64,000 nucleotides of DNA from Azolla caroliniana. Taxonomy: Eukaryota; Plantae; Polypodiophyta. Positions 12,701 through 22,000 of this stretch are shown here, piece after piece (the first letter of the stretch is position 1; each line of letters opens with the position of its first letter). A program made the translations under genes and the position numbers. The notes beneath the pieces were generated by a model that had not been told where the DNA came from, did not search any database, and worked only from the letters and a program-made list of their open reading frames with translations. Location of the stretch: assembly GCA_043228905.1 (NCBI GenBank), contig JBHGNT010000006.1, positions 9,920,001-9,984,000 on the forward strand, given 5' to 3'.

Positions 12701-13512
12701 ACTCGGAAGGAGTTAATCAAGTGGGTAGCTGCCGGGCGCCCTATTAGATAGTCAATTGTGCTTTCCCCTCCTCCATGTGGGAAACATGTGAGCTCTTTCG
12801 AGCCCGGCCACTTAGCTAAACCATTATATATGACCATCTGGTGCCGACTGCCAAGTTCGAGTAGATGATGGCCAAAGCTCGTGGCGTCCGCACCTTGATC
12901 CTTTGATCTACGTGTGGTGCCTATGTCTAAAGGATCAACATTTACCATTTCTAGGTTTCTATTCATCTGAAATACTGTGCATTGTCGGGATTGGGTTCTC
13001 GCATTGAAGTCTCCTACAAGAAATACTTCTCCTTGGGAAGAATATCGGATTATGTCATCCGATAGGGGTTCGTATGGAGAAGGCCCATGTGGCATTCCTT
13101 CATCGACTAATCTCGTCAAGCCACTAATATTATAACGGGATCCTTTTGGGGGAAAGTAACAAATGGCGAAAAATACTGCATGGTCTTTGCTTGTGGAGAC
13201 TTTCACCCACATAAAACGAGCTTCTGGGTCTATCTTCATTATTTCTATCCTATTATGTAGCTCTCTACGAAATAGTATCGCGACACCTCCAGATCCCCTA
13301 GTAGTGTGTCGACGTGAGGTTTGTCTAAAAGCGGACTCCCAACGGAATCCTTCGACCGGTGGGAGTCCTCTATTTGGGCTCTGATGTGTTTCTACCAAGA
13401 AAAGTATATCAGATACCTTTAGTATCTCCTCTAGGCGGCCGGGGTGTGCCCAGAGTGCGCCATTACAATTCCATAGGGTCATCCTAAGTGCATTTTCTGT
13501 CACATGGGCCAC
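9781..13512 (-). CDS. LINE ORF2: APE endonuclease, reverse transcriptase and C-terminal Cys/His finger (1243 aa, uninterrupted)
   Basis: APE motifs LWNCNG, LVETH, GDFNAR, IDY, ADH; RT motifs EQAGFR, FVDFRKAFD, GVKQGCPLSP, LYADD, YVYLG; C-terminal LRISSHQLEIENGR..PREERICRLC..EDEYHF..C. Confidence 0.95.
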   Translation of the reverse strand: MAHVTENALRMTLWNCNGALWAHPGRLEEILKVSDILFLVETHQSPNRGLPPVEGFRWESAFRQTSRRHTTRGSGGVAILFRRELHNRIEIMKIDPEARFMWVKVSTSKDHAVFFAICYFPPKGSRYNISGLTRLVDEGMPHGPSPYEPLSDDIIRYSSQGEVFLVGDFNARTQSRQCTVFQMNRNLEMVNVDPLDIGTTRRSKDQGADATSFGHHLLELGSRHQMVIYNGLAKWPGSKELTCFPHGGGESTIDYLIGRPAATHLINSFRVAPCPIGADHSFLYFELKCDISKVTKSSQPCHHTTIHFTHELSDIYSQHVQAHLPSIDPSLPLESLSTKLTHILHSAAASSFPYTKHSNQGRSGSMPQNKWYDEDCRDLHRQLTVSQLNGSITSTQARKEMRKMTRRKRRAWEASQYWELYHMLMSSDCATAWKRLREPRPQSPVEDPETWHTYTERLYQIPNQPPFPMPSTPRPTTGTLFTTSRVMKVIKKLQHRKSMDHTGLRAEHIIYARECLAPLLTLIFNRALAEGFPPQWTMNTVTPIHKGGHPMDPNTYRTIMIGHTLAKLYGAVMEAELSDYMETLNLRAPEQAGFRRAFSTIDHIFTLRCLIDQTRARKKRLYCCFVDFRKAFDTVPRDRLSDRLKSLRIPDDMVWVIYALYEQVSGCVRCPGGLSNRFTSTIGVKQGCPLSPTLFGIYIDEITDFIAREGGTGVVLGDTQVRILLYADDIVLLSESEHDLQRHLNALDDFCVQRGLVVNLGKTKVLIFHTSAQVRAKCHLTISHSPVEVVGSYVYLGVTFSARSGKFSMTQAAKDRLTRGHASLSLLERQCHQAHFQDPRTKGWLFDSLVTPSLMYASAVWAPGLPSFMWTQLERPLVMMLSRQLRSKSTVPHDIIRAEFTLPPMLVEALFQLVVFIDRIHSQPHDRISHQAFKASRSLYESGYTSSWYGMMVTWLLANGLDINNLPPLRYNHTSDNTLISHENRNKVIRQEIWQIYTRCKWITPLEPLPSKMSYYKKHFMHFSELGFITRPKYLDVFLPHALRVAIGQLRISSHQLEIENGRTSGVPREERICRLCHIEIEDEYHFSCKCPTYAEIRAKYQDILGPSPTLPKLLDTLDIKKLGKYILELKQHRENKLQNVDNNVANDHEHVTNAVFQEPEETTNADTLAPLGLSIDEAENQRRTRRPRVPGFKTTQRDVEAILKIRERELHRLEAMARALSTLEPTSRPFDPPLLFERLGWK

Positions 13513-13518
13513 ACACCG

Positions 13519-14214
13519 TCAGTTAGTAGTGCGATCATTTATGATCACTCGCCCGTCTCGGTAAAAGGCGCGATGGCCTTCTTTACGAGCTTGCATAACT
13601 CGTGGCATACAACTCTTGCGATGCTCAATTTGCATCTTAGTGAGGTCTTCATCGAGATAGATGGGGTCCCCATCCATTCCTCGAAGGATTGGTCTCTTCT
13701 TAAAGAAAGTGATTCTAGAGTCTAAGTCTTTAAATTGAAGGACTAAGGCTCTCTTCCTAGTTGTGTCACGCCCGGCCCTCCATGCTTTGGTGATAGGTAG
13801 GGCCTCTGTGTACCCTAACATTTTCCCAAGTGTTTGTGCGTCCTCATTTGGGGATGCACCTTCCTTGAGCCCAGTGACACGTACATTTAAGCGTCGGGCC
13901 TGACGCATTTTCTCTTCTTCAAGGGTGGTGTTAACAATATTTTCATCTTTTATTTCTTTTTTAATGTTTCTTTTAACCACATCTACCCAACCCGTTTTAG
14001 CTAACTCTATGTTATTATTAACTTCCTCTTTAACTTTTTTAATTTCGTCCTTTATATCCTCTATAGAGGATATTTCACCGTCTTCTCGAGATACCTCGAT
14101 GTCCTTAAGTTGTTTTTTAAGGTCGATGTTTTCTACTTTAAGTTGTTCTATTTCGGCCTTGAGGGCGTCTTTTTCCTCTCTATCTTTTTTCTTGTAGGTG
14201 AAATATATAAGCAC
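13519..14214 (-). CDS. LINE ORF1 (coiled coil plus RRM/CTD-like region)
   Basis: Lies directly upstream of ORF2. K/E-rich coiled coil, then RRLNVRVTGLKE and IYLDEDLT motifs typical of LINE ORF1. Start codon uncertain. Confidence 0.8.
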   Translation of the reverse strand: MLIYFTYKKKDREEKDALKAEIEQLKVENIDLKKQLKDIEVSREDGEISSIEDIKDEIKKVKEEVNNNIELAKTGWVDVVKRNIKKEIKDENIVNTTLEEEKMRQARRLNVRVTGLKEGASPNEDAQTLGKMLGYTEALPITKAWRAGRDTTRKRALVLQFKDLDSRITFFKKRPILRGMDGDPIYLDEDLTKMQIEHRKSCMPRVMQARKEGHRAFYRDGRVIINDRTTN

Positions 14215-14320
14215 CTTCTCTTTACCTTGTATTGTTGCTAGTTGTTATTTTTTTGTGAATACAAATTTCTTGTTTTTTGTCTATTTTATGTCGACGATCT
14301 CTCTCTCTCTCTCTCTCTCT

Positions 14321-14900
14321 CATGATGCATCATTAGATTCCAATGTAAATGAGGCCTTTTTGCAATGCCAATGTATCATGACATGGGACAAATGTGGAGG
14401 CTCACGCTTCACACATGTTGCTACACATGTTGCACCTAACAACAAAACCATATTGAACTTTGCGGAACGGGGAAATCATACACATCGATGCATGTTAGAG
14501 CCCATACCGTTATGTGCCATTCGAACCATTGCTTCCATGCGACTTAGCTCACATGCATTGCGATGTGAGACAAGGCGTTGGGGCACAAGTGATGAGAGTG
14601 GTCGGCTATGCACACTTTGCCCTAAACAAGTTCGCGAGTCTGAGTATCATACTTTGATACAATGCTCTGCCTTTGATCATATTCGACCATGCTTTCCACA
14701 TCTCTTCGACCAAGCCCAATCCTTGCATGAATTCCTCTCACAACCACAATGTGCACTCTCGATTGCAACATTCATTGGTAAAGTTCTTGAACATCGAGAG
14801 TCACTACTCACTTTCACACGTATCACGTGAAATTTAATATTTTTGGTCTCATAGGTCATATTTGACCTCCGAAGACGATAATATAATCTATCTATCTAAT
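14321..14900 (+). mobile_element. 5'-truncated LINE of a related RTEX-like family
   Basis: Encodes MRLSSHALRCETRRWG..RLCTLC..ESEYHTLIQC, homologous to the ORF2 C-terminus. Ends in the same 3' stem-loop motif plus (ATCT)n; (CT)n on both sides. Confidence 0.8.
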
Positions 14901-15519
14901 CTCTCTCTCTCACTCACACACACACACACACACACACACACATCTATTCCGCTGCACAGAATCATACTCTTGATTCTTTATATGGTATTAGAGCACATGG
15001 AATTCTGATCCATCCCATTCACCTGTGTTGTCTTGCAAGCCAATGATCAAGAAAAATTGGCTCATCAGATAGAGAAGAAGAAACTCATCTTCAATCTTGT
15101 CAACCATCATGAACAGTCAGATGGGAAGCTCTCTCCATAGTGAAAAATTATACAGATATAACTTTGCATCTTGGGAATACAAGATGCTTGACAATATCTT
15201 GTTGGCTAAGGTTATTGGAGCTATATCGAGGGAGCACAAAAAACGTAACCCAACCCAACACACACCGACTACCGAGCTTGGGAGCAAGAGACAAGCTGTG
15301 TGTTGTACTATTTGGCATCATGTGTTAGATATATCCCAAAGGCCAAAATGCCAAAGGAGGCGTGGGAGAACCTCAAAAAGATTTTCACGGCCAACACAAC
15401 TGCACGAAAACTCCAACTTCGTCATGTCAAGTTAAATGGCATCGAACAGAGGCATATGTTGATCACAAGCTATACCTTGAAGATCAAGGAGCTGTGCGAG
15501 TCCATTGACTCAATCAATG

Positions 15520-15808
15520 TGTAAAGAATGAAAGACATAGGTGACGTTGTGCAACGGAAGTAAGCTCTGTGTGAGTGTGAGTACACGTAAGGCAAACAGA
15601 GAGAGGGAGAGAGAGAGAGAGCTTAGAACAAGAAACTGTATTAGGAAAAGTATGATTACATCCAGTAGTAACTAAATTACAAAGGGTTGGTTTAAATACA
15701 AACTAGTCTAGGGCAACTGCCCTTTCTACTATTTACAAAACTAGCCTAGTATGCCCTCTAGCTAGTGTGAAACCATTTCATTTGGGAAATTGAGTTCGAT
15801 TCTCAACA
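15520..15808 (-). mobile_element. Probable LTR of another element inserted in the copia remnant
   Basis: TG...CA-bounded 289-bp segment with a purine tract (AAGGGGCG on the minus strand) immediately adjacent; interrupts gag. Confidence 0.5.
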
Positions 15809-16954
15809 CGCCCCTTCGAACACAACTTCTTGATGCCGAAAAGTTGGTTCGGTTCGATCTTTGAAGTTCTTTGATTCGGCTGAATTAACTTTCAGAAGGT
15901 CAGTCGGCACGACTTGTTCAACATCGATGACTACTACTGTTTTTCGGTGCTCCCCCTCAAGCGCGGCCCGACAATGTTGAGACTGGAGATGACACTACTC
16001 ATCTGACATGACACATCGATAATGTACCATTCGACAAAGAAGGAAACAAGACATATATCAAAATCGTCTTGCATGTTCTGACTATAACAAAGAATTTGGT
16101 CTTAGTTGGCAATTGTGGAGCAAGGCATGCAAGTTCGTTTCAACTTGCATGCCTTGCTCCACACAAGCTGCTTCATTCAAAAAGAGGCCAATTCATTGCT
16201 CGTGGACAAAGAGAGAGCCGAATGCTCATTCCCGACTCACACGAGGTGAATTCGTCCATGTTTGCAAAAGGTCCCAAAGCCGACATGGACATTGAACTAT
16301 GCTACAAGAGTATTGACCATATCAATCTCCAAAATCTTGACAAAAGAATGTAGTCGAAAGGATTTTTCATTGGACTCTCGACTTTACAGAAAAGGAGATA
16401 GCTGAAGTGTGTGAAGCTTGCCAATTCGGCAAGCAACATTGGCACCCGTTTCCGAAGGAGAGGAATGTAAGCAAAGGCCTCCTAGAGGTAATTCACTCAA
16501 ATGTGTGGGGTCTAGCTCAGATGACAACATTCGGAGGATGCCAATATTATGTCACCTTCATCGACGACTTCTCCATACACACCTGGATCTTCCCCATGTG
16601 GCAAAAGAGTGAAGTGTTCTAAGACTTCCAAAAGTTTAAAAGCAGAGCCGAAATAGAAACGGGCCGACATGTTTGGTGTCTTCAATAAGACGGAGGAAAG
16701 GAATACTTTTCCAATGATTTCATAGCCTATCTTCGGAAAGAAGGCATTCAAAGAGAATTCACATGCCAACATACACCGCAATAGAACGGTGTAGCTGAAT
16801 GGAAGAATCGGCACATCCTCGAGGTAGCAAGGGCCATGCTCAACGAGAAGCACATGCCGAAATCATAATGGGTCGAAGCTGCAAATACTGCTATCTACCT
16901 CATGAATCGATGTACAACATCTGGTGTGCATGAGGTTACACATCACGAGATGTG

Positions 16955-17360
16955 TAACCTCATATCACCAAAGACTTCTTGTGCTTTTATCACCAAAGTC
17001 ATCCCCTCCTCCTAATGCTCGTATCTGCCAATTGCGGCCTGCCATGATAGCCAACATATATTTCCCCACTTGATTGAGCCTTGCACCTGGCATAATTGCA
17101 ACAAGCGGCCAACCCCCCGCCATATTCGATGGGACGTTGGACAGTCCCATAGAGCGTGTCGTATTGATTCTATTGCATGGGGGCACTCTACACAATTAGG
17201 AGAGCTAAGGTTCCCACGTTGCCATGCTCCCAGCGGTAGGGACTTATGTATTAATAGCCATTGGAACGTGGTAATTCACCTCGCGTGTTGTTGTTTCCAG
17301 ATTTTCTGCCAAAACTTGGTGATTATTGTGGAAGGAACTTGAAATGTGTGCCAAACCTTC
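16955..17360 (-). pseudogene. L1-clade LINE ORF2 fragment (zf-RVT region)
   Basis: Minus strand reads FWQKIWKQQHAR*ITTFQWLLIHKSLP...CVECPHAIESIRHALWDCPTSHRIW. Confidence 0.8.
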
Positions 17361-17715
17361 ACAACAGCCAAGATATTCGGCTCAATTGCATTCATACATA
17401 TTTCCAATGAAAAGCGACAAAAGCTCGATCCGAAATCAGAAAGTGTATGCTTGTGGGGTACTCACTTGAACAAAACGGGTACAAATGCTGCAACCCCTCT
17501 ACTCAAAAGGTTCGCACGAGTCGGGACGTGGTCTTTGACGAATCAACATCATGGTACAAACTTGAGCCGATTCCACCCGAACCATGGCTATCTCTACACT
17601 CTCACCTCCTTTACCACATCGACCAATCTCAACATAGACTCAAAGGAGGACAATCAGCTATGGCCTACACCAAGTTGAGTGGACCTCAAGAGCTTCCAAG
17701 TAATCAACACATCAC

Positions 17716-18334
17716 TAGCAATGGGCCCGATTTCGGCTCAAAAAAAACCAAACCGTTAAACCATGGCTGAACAGTTTATTGGTTCAAAGATAAATAAATC
17801 GTTTGGTTTGGTTTCAAATGTTATGATTTGGTTTGGTTTTGAATATCATGCTTTAGCAGTTTATTGGTTTCGGTTTATGTGGTTCAGTTTAAAGGTTTAT
17901 AAGTTTATCGGTTAAAAATTATTCCTAATTTTTCACCTCTAGCATCTAACTTTCAACTTTTAATTTTAAACCTCTAGGCTCTTAAGTTATTAAATTTTAT
18001 ATGCATTAATAATTATATCAATATGTAGAGTGTCCTTTTGGGTTTATGATTATCAAATTTATGATAAGTATGATGACCAAATTTATAATAAGTGGAATAA
18101 CTAAATTTATGATAAGTATGATGACCAAATTTATGATGATTTTCTCACAGAAATTCCTAATATGTATGATAATCAATATCTCTAAAAAAATGGTTTGGTT
18201 TGGTTCTAAATTTTCCGTAAATGGTTCACCTCTAAATAGTTTAGTTTAAATGGCTTCATAAATTTTAAACACTTTGGTTTGGTTTCAAGGCCAAGAAACC
18301 GAACCGAACTGAAACCGAACCGGGCCCATTGCTA
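17716..18334. mobile_element. Non-autonomous hAT-type element (MITE), 619 bp
   Basis: Perfect 14-bp TIR TAGCAATGGGCCCG; subterminal AAACCG/GGTTTGG repeats; 8-bp flanks CACATCAC and CATGTCAC. Confidence 0.9.
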
Positions 18335-18581
18335 CATGTCACAACCAAGTCCGAAATCAGACAAAGGGAATGCCAAAATGCCTGAATCCAAAGGCGACCG
18401 TTTCGAGGAGGACGAATCGGCTCACTCACTAGACATTGAGTATGGTTATGTGCCCATCATGAGGACATCTGGAGTGAAGAAAGACATTACCACAACAAAC
18501 AGAAAACTATGCCGCTCCACATGTGAGAAGAACCCAGTCAACCGATTCGGCTACAATGACTACATGGCATATCATTATGCA

Positions 18582-18862
18582 GGATAATGACTCTAACATC
18601 TTTGTCACTTTTTTCTTCGAATGCCTCGAGTGTGTGGGCGATTTTTTGGGTGTTACCTTCACGGGAGAGGGAGACGGCTCCCAACGTCACATGACCTTGT
18701 TTGTATATATGGATGCAAAGTCACAATCAAGTTGGTCATAGTCTCAATTGCCAACTTGAAGGCCTCAAGTTCGCAAGCTTCTTTGACCAGCCTTTCCTCT
18801 GAGACGTACATTTTACGTACACCCTTTGTTGAATCCCACTAATAATATAAGATTTTCACTGG
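18582..18862 (-). pseudogene. Fragment of a second, diverged copy of the ParB-methyltransferase cargo gene
   Basis: Minus strand KGVRKMYVSEERLVKEACELEAFKLAIETMTNLIVTLHPYIQ aligns with KGIRKVFLSEDLLVKESCGPEAFKKDLESSQNLIVTLRPYIQ at 33101-33226 (26/42 identical). GHVTL and PSPVKVT..KKKVTKM follow in shifted frames. Confidence 0.85.
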
Positions 18863-21234
18863 TATCGTGAAGATTTTCGGCGATAGTGTGAAACTTGTGA
18901 GGAATATACGAAATTAAGTATGGTTCTTATCATGAAATATAAAACAATAATAGTGATGATTCTATTTAAATAAGTTTAATATCTTGGTACAAATAAATAG
19001 AGGTCTTGAAGAGCTTTTGAATGCACTTTACTACGTAGGAAACAAACATATAAGTGTCAAGTTATGAGGGTATGAAGTTTGCAAAGAAGAAGAGGAAAAT
19101 AAAATAATGTGATATCCCACATAGATAGGACAAATAAGGATCCCACCATATATAAGGCAAAACAAAAACTATAATCTTTGTGTTTATGTGTGGAGTATAG
19201 AAAGAAAGGTTAAGTTGTATGGCTTAATAAATGGATGTAGCCAAATGCATATAATTATGTGTTTTGGATGGATCCGGCGGCATCCGGCGACCGGCATCAT
19301 CCGGCGACGACGACCTAGTGGTTCCGCCTCACGATCCGCACCTAGTGACGGATCTTCACGACATAATTAAGTGGTGAACCCGACGTGAAAGAGGCGGTAG
19401 GATGGATCAAATTGAGGATCAACCGATACTTGGAGATGGCATCCTCAAGCAACCAAGCGGGAGAGTTCGAAATGTTGATGCTGATCGTCGAACAAATGAT
19501 GAGATCTCGAGACAACGATGCGAGCGTGGAGAAGGTTGTTGACCGTGTCGTTGAGCTTGAGGGTCAATTTGACGGAAGGAACATTACGAAGTTCCTTGAT
19601 GCATATAGAAGGGAGATGAATCACAGGGACGTGTCTAAAGCGCGTCAAATCACGAGTTTCAAGAGAGTGGTCACCAATAACATCAAAAGGTGCGTCATCG
19701 AGCTTCAAGAAGGGAAGACAACGTGGTCGGAGTTCGAGAAAGTGATATTAGCGGAGTTCGCGACGGAAGATTTGTCGAGGATGACTTGACATGCCTTGAT
19801 GAAGTGGATAGAAAAGAAGAATAAGAAGATGAGCGCCTCGAGGGTGTACGACGAATTCGACCAAATGTTTCATTGTCTCCCCGTCACAGACCAAGTGCTA
19901 CTTGAGGAGGACAAAACTTTGTACTTCCTAAAGGCTGTGGATATAAAGGATAGACGAGAATTGGGTACTCTCCTCGAAGATGATACCCAAGCAAACAGGC
20001 TTATGGCGGACTGGGTCGCGGTGAAGCGAGCATGCAATAGGCTTGACAAGCGTTGTCAGTGGGTTGATGACACCGACTTGGCAGGATCGACTGTCTTGGA
20101 GAAAACAAGACAACCGAAAGTAGTTGAGCCGCCCAAACAAAGCAACCCAGAAGAAAAGAAGATTGATGACGACATCATCGAAGACCTAGCGAAGAAGTTC
20201 GAGATGGTCACGCTAGCCAACATGAATCGTCGGGGACCCAAAGGAAAAGAACCCTTTAGATGCGTGTGGTGCGATAGCATGGACCACATGAGAAGGGATT
20301 GCACGAGCCTTCGAGAGGCGATCCGACAAAATATCGTATACATGGATGACAACATGATCTGCTCGATTGAAACTCGAAGACCCCTGCGGGTGAATTTCGG
20401 AAGAGGGGGAATGAAGAAATCTATGGAAGATGCTGAGGAGACTCATGTGGATGCGATGCACTATGCTGCAACGGCCGGAATAAGAGTCAGGAAAGACAAA
20501 AATGAAGCTGCGAAAGTGGGAGCAAAGTTTTGGTCTTCCGTTCTCGAGTATGAGAAGATGGGGAAGGTCACATCAAACGAAATAGAGCTTGCGGACTGAA
20601 GTGTGCAAAGCATAACCGGGTGGTCGGATCCGGTGGATGACAACACCATACTCGTGGAAGTGATGTGCGACAACCACGAGGTGTTTGTCGAAGAAAAGAG
20701 AAAAAGACTAGAAGAGCAAGGCCCATCAAAAAGACATGAAACAAGGAACACGAAAAAGAAAGAAGATGCATACACGAGTTGATCTTTACAAATGGAGGAA
20801 GGAGACGCTAGCCAAAAAGCGGAGTCAATCAAACGAGTCGAAGAAATGATTCGGCCTGTGAAGATTGGTGTCGAAGACCCCGCACGAAAGACAAGGACTA
20901 TGCCTACCTATAAGCTAAGATCGGAGATAGAGCATACGACAGACCTGAAGAAGATTCTCGAGGAACGCGTTCTTGATAGCCACGTGACTTTGTCCTTGAG
21001 GGAATTACTCGGCATTACGAAGGAGTTCCATGACACGATCATGGACCTTGTACAAAGAAAGAGGCAACAATCGGACAAAGAAGAAGAGAAGCCACAAAAA
21101 GCAAAGACAAATGTCATAACGATGGCAAGGGACGAAGTCGATGAAGATATGGTGGACATCCACTATACTCGACCTCATTGGGCACGAGCGACAACGGAGA
21201 CGCCGGTGAAGATTGGGGAGAAGAAAGAGATCGT
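18863..21234 (+). mobile_element. Ty3/gypsy element A: 5' LTR (18863-19363), tRNA-Trp PBS, decayed gag; interrupted by element B
   Basis: LTR ends TATCGTGAAGAT / ATCTTCACGACA. PBS TGGTGAACCCGACGTGA at 19372-19388. Gag zinc knuckle CVWCDSMDHMRRDC, and HYTRPHWARATTET shared with elements B and D. Confidence 0.85.
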
Positions 21235-22000
21235 TGTCGCGTTATTACGCGCGTGCGTGTAGAAGGGCGGGACCACGGGGGTCTTGGACCGAGGAATAGC
21301 TGAGAAGAGGAGAACGGAAAGGCAGCGGACGCACTTGCACACACACAGACGCGGGAGCACACAGGAATCACAGTCTGACAACACAGCAAAACGAGACGAC
21401 TAGAAGTTCGAGTATATGAACACGTATGTATATAAATATATAAAGATATATCAAGACGGTTACAACTAACACGCCGGCAAGGCAAACACTGACGCCTATT
21501 CACTCACATACAGAAGAGCGAGATGGAGACTCTACCGGAAGCACATGGGCGTTCCATGGAGCAGAGTCAGCCTCCCGAAAACCTACTGAAAGCAAAACAC
21601 AGAGAAAGAAGGAGGAGAAGAGCTCGGTCCCAGTCCGACATCACTTCGTCCTCGACAAAAAGTGATCCCTTTTTCATTCCCCTCCCTCTCTTTTATAGCC
21701 CAAGGAGGGAGGCCGTTATCATTCGTTACATCATATTAATTCTCTGTTCTTTCGGACAGAGATACACCTCGATTCTCTCCCTATTGAATGCGTGCTACCT
21801 AGGATTTCTCCTCAGCCGACTTGTACCTACCTACTTATTATACAACGAAAAGTGTGCTCGCGTGTAAGGGCCGGTTTACACACGCTAAACTCGGTTTCCG
21901 CCTAGGGACGGTTTTCTTCACGAAATCCGCCCCCACCTAACCGCACATCCACCGGTATGCGCCAAAATTGGGCTCTTGCTGGAGAAAACCGGTCCATGCT

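Larger units (their letters stand above)
9575..14298 (-). mobile_element. Full-length non-LTR retrotransposon (LINE, RTEX-like)
   Basis: Tandem ORF1 and ORF2, 3' UTR with a stem-loop and (CTTT)n-type tail at about 9575-9634; 5' end abuts a (CT)n tract. Ends are approximate and no TSD was recognised. Confidence 0.88.
14983..18581 (+). mobile_element. Degenerate Ty1/copia internal region (gag-PR-INT), interrupted several times
   Basis: PBS-like TGGTATTAGAGC (tRNA-iMet, one mismatch) at 14983-14994. Gag YNFASWEYKM; integrase CEACQFGKQH, IHSNVWG, VTFIDDFS, KLDPKS, VGYS, SRDVVFDE. Many stops and frameshifts. Confidence 0.88.

Noticed and set aside
18046-18249. 67-aa repetitive ORF (KFMISMMT)
   Set aside because: By-product of a short tandem repeat inside the MITE.
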